A stretch of 64,000 bases of DNA from an uncultured Clostridia bacterium (lineage in GTDB: Bacteria; Bacillota; Clostridia; Oscillospirales; Acutalibacteraceae): NCBI GenBank assembly GCA_944384905.1, contig CALWVE010000024.1, positions 11,415 through 75,414 of the forward strand, written 5' to 3'. This document shows positions 57,416-64,000 of this stretch, piece after piece. The notes beneath the pieces were generated by a model, which was not told where the DNA came from, ran no database searches, and was given only the letters and a program-made list of their open reading frames with translations. A program made the position numbers and the translations under genes. Numbering within the stretch: position 1 is the first letter of the stretch; every line of letters begins with the position of its first letter.

Positions 57416-57760
57416 TTATTCTGCCGGAGGAACTTGGAGTTTGCCGCAATTGGTGCAGATATCTTCGGCGGAAGCTTCGTTGCAGTTGACGAAGGCATCG
57501 CCCACCGTTGCAGTCGCGCCGAATTCAACCGGAACGGCTACGCAGATATCCTGAGAGATCGTGAAAACACACGAGCCGTTTCTTTCGCCGTCGCAGGTGA
57601 TTTTTCCCGGCGTAACAACAGGAGCGCCGCAGCATTTTGTGAAAGTGGCGCCTGTTTTGGCAAAAGGACTGACGGTTACCGGTACACAAATGGAGGCGGA
57701 CTGATAGCCGACAGTGGGACAAGTCTGATCCTCCAGAAGAGCCATATTATTATCCATCAT
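57416..57760 (-). CDS. Small Cys-rich hypothetical protein (11 Cys in 114 aa, internally duplicated ICV.VPV motif)
   Basis: It is the only long ORF in this interval. Motifs are ICVPVTVSPFAKTGATFTKCCGAPVVTPG and ICVAVPVEFGATATVGDAFVNC. The RBS is weak (gggat) and there is no signal peptide. Confidence 0.5.
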   Translation of the reverse strand: MMDNNMALLEDQTCPTVGYQSASICVPVTVSPFAKTGATFTKCCGAPVVTPGKITCDGERNGSCVFTISQDICVAVPVEFGATATVGDAFVNCNEASAEDICTNCGKLQVPPAE

Positions 57761-57843
57761 GGTTATCCCATTTCAGTTGGAATATTACTTTCTATTCGAA
57801 AGGGAAATTTTGTGTTCCTCATAGACGGAACTTTTGTACTGTC

Positions 57844-59130
57844 TTATTTTCGCTGACCCCAAAACGCGACGATGGTAACCAACGCCATGACTAGCGTTGT
57901 CAAAATGGTTGAAGCCCAAATCAGCAAATCGCCGCCCGAAAGGATCTGTACAATAGACAAAACCGATGCCAGAATGGAAACAATACCGAAAACAGTAATG
58001 ATATTGATAACGGTTTCGCTGCGGGCGCGTTCGTTTTCCTGCTGATGTTCAGCCAGAATATTGACCTTGGTGCTGATATCCTGAATGGCGGTGTTGATAT
58101 CGTTTACTTCGAGCAGATAGGCATAAATCTGCTTCACATTATGCCAGCGCGACAGGTTGGCCGGCGTTACCGTACCGAATGCCTGGAACCGAAGCATCAG
58201 TTTTTTCAGCTCTTTGAGCTGTTTGAGTTGTTCTTTGTCCATGTTGGTGATCAGTTCGGTAAAGCGAAGGCAGGTATATTTTTCATAAAGGGATAAAAGT
58301 ACAACCGGCAGCCCATCTTCGGCCTGAGCGTTTCTTTGAGCCTCAAAATCCTGATCGGCTATAACATAAGAGATTGTTTGGGAACAAACGCAGCAGCCCC
58401 AGCGATAGGAATTGTACACCTGGTGTTTGACCGCATAAACATACCGAATATCTTCTTCTGACAAGTCTTCGATCGGAGCATCTGCCGGCATCATTTTGTG
58501 AAGGTTGAAAGTGATTTTCTGCATCTCTTCCAGCGTGTTGAAGCGTTCCGGCACGACGGCAAACGTATAGGCGTAGGCGTCCAGCAGGAAAGAGGATTCT
58601 CCGTCAAAAAACTTTTGCAGGCCAAGTTCCCCGCAGAAAGCGCCCAGCCAGGTTTCTACAGAAAACGGATGGTCTTTTCCTGTTTCGTCCGTCCAGAAAA
58701 ACACGGCGGTACTGTGCGCAGAACCGGGATTGCAGATAGCCTGAAGTGCCTCCATATGCGCAAAGGAGAGATTCAGGCATAAAAATGCGACCTGCGTTTG
58801 GAAGATATACAGATACGATTGATGCAAAGCAAAATCGTATTTGTCCTCTCCCGTCGAAACGCGGAAAGACTGAGAACAGGCGCTTACGGCTTTCCCGCAA
58901 AGCGGCGCGACAAGGGGTTCGCATTCTACGGTAAAGCAGGCGCCGACGGCTGCTTCGTTCGAGCGGTCAAGCATGGCCTTGATATTTTCGTTGAGGTCCA
59001 TGGTTGTCAAAGGATGATATTCGGCTATTTGTTCAAGCTTTTCCCGAGAAAGCGAATCCGGATCATATTTTAAAGGAATGACCAGGAAACAGCCATATTG
59101 CGGGGCATTTTTTTCGTGGTCGCACGACAT
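57844..59130 (-). CDS. Membrane protein with CorA-like architecture (soluble N-domain, long helix, two C-terminal TMs) lacking the GMN motif
   Basis: Start at MSCDHEK (ATG 59130-59128). The C-terminus is ETVINIITVFGIVSILASVLSIVQILSGGDLLIWASTILTTLVMALVTIVAFWGQRK, that is TM1, a short loop, TM2 and a basic tail. Where CorA has GMN, the loop reads ILSGGD. Confidence 0.55.
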   Translation of the reverse strand: MSCDHEKNAPQYGCFLVIPLKYDPDSLSREKLEQIAEYHPLTTMDLNENIKAMLDRSNEAAVGACFTVECEPLVAPLCGKAVSACSQSFRVSTGEDKYDFALHQSYLYIFQTQVAFLCLNLSFAHMEALQAICNPGSAHSTAVFFWTDETGKDHPFSVETWLGAFCGELGLQKFFDGESSFLLDAYAYTFAVVPERFNTLEEMQKITFNLHKMMPADAPIEDLSEEDIRYVYAVKHQVYNSYRWGCCVCSQTISYVIADQDFEAQRNAQAEDGLPVVLLSLYEKYTCLRFTELITNMDKEQLKQLKELKKLMLRFQAFGTVTPANLSRWHNVKQIYAYLLEVNDINTAIQDISTKVNILAEHQQENERARSETVINIITVFGIVSILASVLSIVQILSGGDLLIWASTILTTLVMALVTIVAFWGQRK

Positions 59131-59230
59131 TTTTAATCCCTTTCTTCCATAGTTTTTTATTTTTATTCTATCAGAAAGCAGGCATTTTGCCAAGAATATT
59201 TACGGCAATTTCAAGTGTTAAAATATTATA

Positions 59231-59276
59231 AAAAACAAAGGTAAGCTTCCGGCTTTCAGCCAGGAAAACTTACCTT
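59231..59276 (-). terminator. Rho-independent terminator after the XDH accessory gene
   Basis: Minus-strand stem aaggtaagttttcc / ggaagcttacctt (imperfect) followed by tgtttttt. Confidence 0.6.
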
Positions 59277-59314
59277 CTGTTATGGAATAGATTTATTTTG
59301 TTTTGGGAACGGCG

Positions 59315-59896
59315 TTATTCGGCAGGCGGAATTTCACCGGGCGTGTCAATATCCTCCAGCTCTTTTTTGGAGCCTGCTTCCACCCAAACACAGGCGTGCT
59401 TCTGTAAAATTGATTTGCCGCCCGAATCGCCCTGAAGGCTTAGCAGTTCCGGTATAAACTTTGCGGAAAACAGCGTGGGATTGCCTGGGCGCTGGTTGAA
59501 GCATACCCTGGCGGTTTCGGCGCCTGTTTTTGCACAGGTGAGCAGACGGCACATCGTGTTTTTCGTCAAGTACGGCTGATCCGCCACAACAAAAAGGACA
59601 AAGTCGTCTTCTTGAATATCGGTCAGCGCCGTTAAGCCGGCCCGGATGGAATAGGAAATGCCCCGTTCGCTTTCGGGACTGTCAACTGCGGGGATTCCCC
59701 GTCGGTCAGCTTCCCGGCGGATCTGTTCATACCGGGAGACAACCACCAAACGGCAGTCTTGCTGCGTTTTTACAACGTCTTCCAGCATTTCGAGCCCCCA
59801 TAGAAACATAGGTTTCCCGTCTATCGGAAAAAGCAGTTTGTTTTCTCCGAACCGGCGGCTGCTTCCGGACGCCAGATACAAGATATACTTAGTCAT
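59315..59896 (-). CDS. MobA/MocA-like nucleotidyltransferase (molybdenum cofactor cytidylyl/guanylyl-transferase)
   Basis: N-terminal LASGSSRRFGENKLL motif. Its start overlaps the stop of the Mo-subunit gene by 8 nt. Confidence 0.8.
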   Translation of the reverse strand: MTKYILYLASGSSRRFGENKLLFPIDGKPMFLWGLEMLEDVVKTQQDCRLVVVSRYEQIRREADRRGIPAVDSPESERGISYSIRAGLTALTDIQEDDFVLFVVADQPYLTKNTMCRLLTCAKTGAETARVCFNQRPGNPTLFSAKFIPELLSLQGDSGGKSILQKHACVWVEAGSKKELEDIDTPGEIPPAE

Positions 59897-62177
59897 CGTT
59901 CTTTTCCATCAGAATCTTTTCGGGTGTAATGGGCAGGCACCGATGCCAAACGCCCGTGGCGCGGAAGATCGCGTGGGCAAGCGCGGGTGCAGACGTGTTG
60001 ATAACCACTTCGCCGATCGATTTGGCGCCGTACGGGCCGGTGGGTTCGTGGCTGTGGGCAAATTCAACATGAAGCGTGCCAATGTCCAGACGGGTGGGAA
60101 TTTTATACTGCATAAAGGAATTCTCGATGACCTGTCCGTCGGGGGTGTAGGTTACGTCTTCCGACAACGCCATGCCGATGCCCTGAACAATACCGCCCTC
60201 GGCCTGGATTCGCGCCAGGTTTTCGGCAATCGGAATACCGCAGTCTACAACCGAGGAGAAATTCAGCACCTGCACAGAACCGGTTTCTTTATCCAGCTCG
60301 ATTTCTGCCATACCGACCATAAACGGCGGCGGGGAAACCGGCGAAGAATGGGAGACGGTAGCCTGAGCCGGAATGCAGTTGTTAGCCATGGAGGCGGTAG
60401 CAATATCGCTGCGCGAAACAAATTCATCGCTGCCCAATTTGTATACGCCGTCGCCTCTGAACTCCAATTCCGAAGCGTCGCATTCCAGGATATTGGCCGC
60501 AATGGCGCACATCTTTTCGCGCAGTTCCATACAGGCTTTTTCGGTGGCTTTACCGGTCAGATAGGTTGTGGAAGAAGCGTAGGAACCGGAATCATAGGGG
60601 GAAGCGTCGGTATCCGCGCCGAAGACAACAATGTCATCGGGACTGCAATCCAGCGTTTCGGCGGCAATCATGGCCAGAATGGTATCGCAGCCGGTACCCA
60701 TATCTGCGGCACCGATGATGAGGTTGTAGAAACCTTCGTCTCCGAGCTTAATGGTGGCCGAGCCGACGTCCACGCCGGAAATGGAAGAGCCCTGCATGCT
60801 CAACGCCATACCGGCCGCGCGCACTTTTCCGTTGCCCATATCCCGAACAGGATATTTGGCATCCCAGTCAAAGATCTCTTTGCATTTGGCGATGCATTGA
60901 TCGAGCGCACAGGCGTTCGCTACTTCGTGATAATAAGCCGGCATAACCATGCCTTCACGGACAATGTTCTTTTCGCGCAGCACGGTGGGGTCCATCTGCA
61001 GGCGGGCCGCCAGTTCATTGACTGCGCTTTCTACGGCAAAAATACCCTGGGTTGCGCCGTAGCCTCGATACGCGCCGGAAGACTGAACATTGGTATAAAC
61101 AACATCATAAGAAAAACGGAAAGCTTCCAGGCCGCCCGTATAAAGCGGGATGGATTTATGCCCGGAAAGACCGACGGTTGTGGGGCCGTGTTCGCCATAA
61201 GCACCCGTATTGGAAAGCGTGTAAACATCCAGCGCGCGAATGGTGCCGTCGTTCATGGCGCCCAGACGGACGGTTACGTCCATGGCGTGACGGGGAGAAG
61301 CGGCGATCTGGCATTCCTGACGGGTGTAGATCATTTTAGCCGCGCGTCCGGTTTTCCAGGTGACAAAGGCGGGATAAACTTCGGCCACGACCGTTTGCTT
61401 AGCGCCGAATCCGCCGCCGATACGCGGCTTTTCTACGTGAATTTTCGATTTTGGAATACCCAGCGCGTTGGCAATAATGCGGCGGCAGTGGAACACGATC
61501 TGGGTAGAGGATACAACATGCAGACGGCCGTAACGGTCGATTTCCGTATAAGTGCGGAACGTTTCCATCATCGCCTGCTGACAGGCTTTGACATGGTAGG
61601 TGTGTTCAATAATCTGGTCACACTCGGCCATAACAGCCTCTACATCACCTTCGCCGCCGCTATCACTGGCGCAAAGATTTCGCTTGTTGTCGGCACCCAC
61701 AGGGCAGGGGGCGTTCCAGCTGTCTTCCGGATGAACCAGAATCGGGTTGTCTTTCGCCTTGCGGAAATCCAGCAAAGGCTCCAGCACCTCGTATTCAACC
61801 TTGATGAGCTTCATGGCTCTGTCTACGGCTTTTTCCGTTTCACCGGCCACAATGGCAACCGCATCGCCTACAAAGCGAAGATGACGGTCCAAAAGAAGTC
61901 TGTCGCGGGGAGAAGGTTCGGGATAGGTCTGGCCCGCCATGGTAAAGCGTTCCTGCGAGGAATCCTCATAGGTGTACACCGCCGCAATGCCGGGAACCAA
62001 CATCGCTTTGGAAGTATCGATTTTTTCAATCATCGCGTTGGCATGAGGACTGCGCAGAACCTTAACCACCAAGGCGTCCTGCGGGACAATGTCGTCCGTA
62101 AAGACAGGTTTGCCCAGAAGAAGCTGCATGGCGTCTTTTTTCCGCATGGATTTTCCGATTACTTTATATTCAGCCAT
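59889..62177 (-). CDS. Xanthine dehydrogenase/aldehyde oxidase family molybdopterin-binding large subunit
   Basis: 762 aa. N-terminal a/b-hammerhead region (GKPVFTDDI...VKVLRSPHANA) and Mo-cofactor motifs (GGGFGAK, GAYRGYGATQG, core GEVVINTSAPALAHAI). Confidence 0.9.
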   Translation of the reverse strand: MAEYKVIGKSMRKKDAMQLLLGKPVFTDDIVPQDALVVKVLRSPHANAMIEKIDTSKAMLVPGIAAVYTYEDSSQERFTMAGQTYPEPSPRDRLLLDRHLRFVGDAVAIVAGETEKAVDRAMKLIKVEYEVLEPLLDFRKAKDNPILVHPEDSWNAPCPVGADNKRNLCASDSGGEGDVEAVMAECDQIIEHTYHVKACQQAMMETFRTYTEIDRYGRLHVVSSTQIVFHCRRIIANALGIPKSKIHVEKPRIGGGFGAKQTVVAEVYPAFVTWKTGRAAKMIYTRQECQIAASPRHAMDVTVRLGAMNDGTIRALDVYTLSNTGAYGEHGPTTVGLSGHKSIPLYTGGLEAFRFSYDVVYTNVQSSGAYRGYGATQGIFAVESAVNELAARLQMDPTVLREKNIVREGMVMPAYYHEVANACALDQCIAKCKEIFDWDAKYPVRDMGNGKVRAAGMALSMQGSSISGVDVGSATIKLGDEGFYNLIIGAADMGTGCDTILAMIAAETLDCSPDDIVVFGADTDASPYDSGSYASSTTYLTGKATEKACMELREKMCAIAANILECDASELEFRGDGVYKLGSDEFVSRSDIATASMANNCIPAQATVSHSSPVSPPPFMVGMAEIELDKETGSVQVLNFSSVVDCGIPIAENLARIQAEGGIVQGIGMALSEDVTYTPDGQVIENSFMQYKIPTRLDIGTLHVEFAHSHEPTGPYGAKSIGEVVINTSAPALAHAIFRATGVWHRCLPITPEKILMEKNDD

Positions 62178-62637
62178 TGTGCGCCTCCTTTTTCCAGTTC
62201 AGATAGTTCCGGATGCCGCGAAGCTGTCCTTCGTAGCCGGAGCAGCGGCAAAGATTGCCCGCCAGATAAGCTTTGATTTCGTCGTCGGTCGGGTCGGGAT
62301 TTTCCCGGAGAAGGGCGATGGTGTTCATTACATAACCCGGATTGCAGAAGCCGCATTGCTCTGCGCCCTGGTCTGCGATGAACCCGATAAATTCATTGGC
62401 TTCTTCCTGAAGCCCCTCGAGCGTTTGGATGCTGTGTCCGTTGGCTCTGGCGGCCAGCACCGAACAGGACAATACGGGAACTCCGTCCATCAAGACGGTG
62501 CACAATCCGCAGTTTGCGGTTTCGCATCCGCGTTTGACGGAAAGGCAGCCGTGATGCCGGACAAAATCGATCAGCAGGGTGTCCGGCTCCACAGAAGCGA
62601 CCATTTTTTTGCCGTTTAGCGTTACTTTGATTTCCAT
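62170..62637 (-). CDS. [2Fe-2S]-binding small subunit of the molybdenum hydroxylase
   Basis: Start at MEIKVTLNGK (ATG 62637-62635). Plant-type cluster motif CETANCGLCTV and second-cluster motif FCNPG...NLCRCSGY. Confidence 0.9.
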   Translation of the reverse strand: MEIKVTLNGKKMVASVEPDTLLIDFVRHHGCLSVKRGCETANCGLCTVLMDGVPVLSCSVLAARANGHSIQTLEGLQEEANEFIGFIADQGAEQCGFCNPGYVMNTIALLRENPDPTDDEIKAYLAGNLCRCSGYEGQLRGIRNYLNWKKEAHNG

Positions 62638-62639
62638 AG

Positions 62640-63431
62640 TCAACCCTCTTTTATCTGCATAAGACACCGGCGAACCAGCACGGCGCAAACCTGTTTGCGA
62701 TAGGCCGCACTGGCGCGCGTATTGCTTCCGAAACTTGCCCGGTTGGCGATCTCTTTTCCAAACGCCTCGGCGCTTTCCTGGGTGATACCGCCGCAAAGCA
62801 AGCCCTGTTCATCCGTAAAGACGACGGCCGCGCCGGGTCTTGCGCCAACGGCGCAGAGGTATTTGCCGTCTGTTTCGGATACGGCGCAGGCCACAACAGG
62901 GAAATCCGTGGCGGTGTTGCGCTGAGAAAGATAACAGACGCGCATGCTGCGCTTGGGCACAATCACCCGCACCAGCAGGTCGCGGGTTGTGCGGGGCAGC
63001 TGCGCAAAATCATTGATTTTCATGATGCCGTGATGATAAAGTTCCACTTCGGCATCGAGCACCTGAAACAGCGTAAGCACATCGGAGAAACCGAATCTGC
63101 CATATAAACTGCCGCCCAGGGTAGCCAGGTTGCGGAACTGTACGCCAACAATGTGTTTCACGGCTTCTGCCATGGCGCCCTGCGTCAGGGCGTTCAGGCC
63201 CGGGTGCATCTCCAGGGCGCGAAGCGAAACCATGGCGCCGATCGAAAAGCAGTCGTCCTGTTCCTCGATTTTATCAAGGCCCAGATCACACAAATCGATA
63301 GCCGTCTGAACGGAACGGTTCTGCATTTTCAGCCACAGCATACCGCCCAAAATCACGTTGGTTCGTTTTTGGGCCAGCGTATAGGCTTCTTCCAGACTTT
63401 TTGCCCGAACATAGTTGGCAATTTTCAGCAT
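62640..63431 (-). CDS. FAD-binding medium subunit of the molybdenum hydroxylase (CoxM/XdhB-like)
   Basis: 263 aa. N-terminal FAD-binding PCMH-type pattern (VILGGMLWL...) and RNLATLGGSL. Confidence 0.85.
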   Translation of the reverse strand: MLKIANYVRAKSLEEAYTLAQKRTNVILGGMLWLKMQNRSVQTAIDLCDLGLDKIEEQDDCFSIGAMVSLRALEMHPGLNALTQGAMAEAVKHIVGVQFRNLATLGGSLYGRFGFSDVLTLFQVLDAEVELYHHGIMKINDFAQLPRTTRDLLVRVIVPKRSMRVCYLSQRNTATDFPVVACAVSETDGKYLCAVGARPGAAVVFTDEQGLLCGGITQESAEAFGKEIANRASFGSNTRASAAYRKQVCAVLVRRCLMQIKEG

Positions 63432-64000
63432 GATTCTCCCTCCTTAGCTTTTTCTTTTTCTTTGGGAAGCAAGAGGTTGAGCACGATAGCAACAAATGCT
63501 GCGGGAACGATGCCGCTGCCGCCGAAGATCAGCGAAACAGCCTGGGGCAGCTGGGCCAAGACGGCGGTGTTTGCGCCAAGGCCGTAGCCCAAGCCGAGCG
63601 CTACCGATACGATGGTCATGTTTCTGCCTGTAAGCGGTTCTTTTGTAATCAGCTGGATACCGCTGATCACGATGGAAGAGAACATGATAACCGCGGCGCC
63701 GCCCAGTACAGACTGAGGCATGATGGAAACGAGCGCAGCCAGTTTCGGCAGCAAACCGCACAGCACCAAAAATACAGCGCCGCAGGCAAGGGCAGAGCGG
63801 TTGACGATCTTGGTCATGGTAACAAGGCCGACGTTCTGGCTGAAAGAAGTGTTGGGGAGCACGCCGAATACGGCGGCAAGCGAAGAACCGATACCGTCGC
63901 ACATAATACCGCCGGAAAGTTCTTTATCGGTAGCTTCACGGCCCATGCCGCCTTCCATACAGCCCGAAATATCGCCCACGGTTTCTACCGCGGTAACAAT
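63425..64000 (-). CDS. Nucleobase:cation symporter-2 (xanthine/uracil permease) family transporter, N-terminal part beyond window end
   Basis: Only the C-terminal half is present. The NCS2 signature region FSQNVGLVTMTKIVNR and multiple TM segments are visible. The frame stays open to the window edge. Confidence 0.85.
   Translation of the reverse strand: MVTAVETVGDISGCMEGGMGREATDKELSGGIMCDGIGSSLAAVFGVLPNTSFSQNVGLVTMTKIVNRSALACGAVFLVLCGLLPKLAALVSIMPQSVLGGAAVIMFSSIVISGIQLITKEPLTGRNMTIVSVALGLGYGLGANTAVLAQLPQAVSLIFGGSGIVPAAFVAIVLNLLLPKEKEKAKEGESC

Noticed and set aside
57761-57843. Mother-cell sigma-K/E-type promoter upstream of the Cys-rich gene.
   Set aside because: There is only a loose AC-N17-AATAgaaAgTA resemblance, with the key CATA replaced by AATA. 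This is insufficient to support a sporulation promoter call.

Overview
64-kb chromosomal segment, apparently from a moderately GC-rich (about 50-55% by eye) endospore-forming Firmicute of the Clostridia type. The evidence for this placement is SpoIIID, sortase-assembled pili, MATE exporters, AraC-controlled sugar loci and an anaerobic-type xanthine-dehydrogenase cluster. I support about 59 protein-coding genes and found no rRNA, tRNA, CRISPR array, transposase or integrase. In order, the window holds: a sortase-dependent pilus locus (1-6122); a GH30 hydrolase and a C11 lipoprotein peptidase; a chromosomal ANT(6) aminoglycoside nucleotidyltransferase; MATE and other transporters; gldA and ddh; two AraC-linked sugar or aromatic modules; a malic enzyme; a GT2 glycosyltransferase; spoIIID; a complete pstSCAB-phoU plus PhoPR-like locus (32239-38739); housekeeping-type enzymes; a GNAT-nucleotidyltransferase fusion; an ECF sigma / RsgI-like anti-sigma module led by a small secreted Cys/Gly/Asn repeat protein (46348-48202); a two-component system followed by a non-canonical Dlt-like operon (48309-56552); a small Cys-rich protein beside a CorA-like membrane protein; and a molybdenum hydroxylase (XDH-type) cluster with a nucleobase permease, truncated at the window end. 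The best candidate for an undescribed system is the Dlt-like operon. It encodes an adenylating enzyme, an embedded fold-type-III PLP decarboxylase, a carrier protein, an MBOAT and an SGNH protein. This suggests a cell-envelope aminoacylation pathway whose transferred residue is probably not D-alanine. Other items worth follow-up are a promoter-plus-terminator unit that looks like a ~110-nt sRNA gene (30337-30481), a dense array of five stem-loops upstream of the Dlt-like operon, and a 22-nt exact direct repeat at 38860 and 54137. All functional calls rest on motif and family recognition by eye. No database search was run, and start codons were chosen from RBS context.
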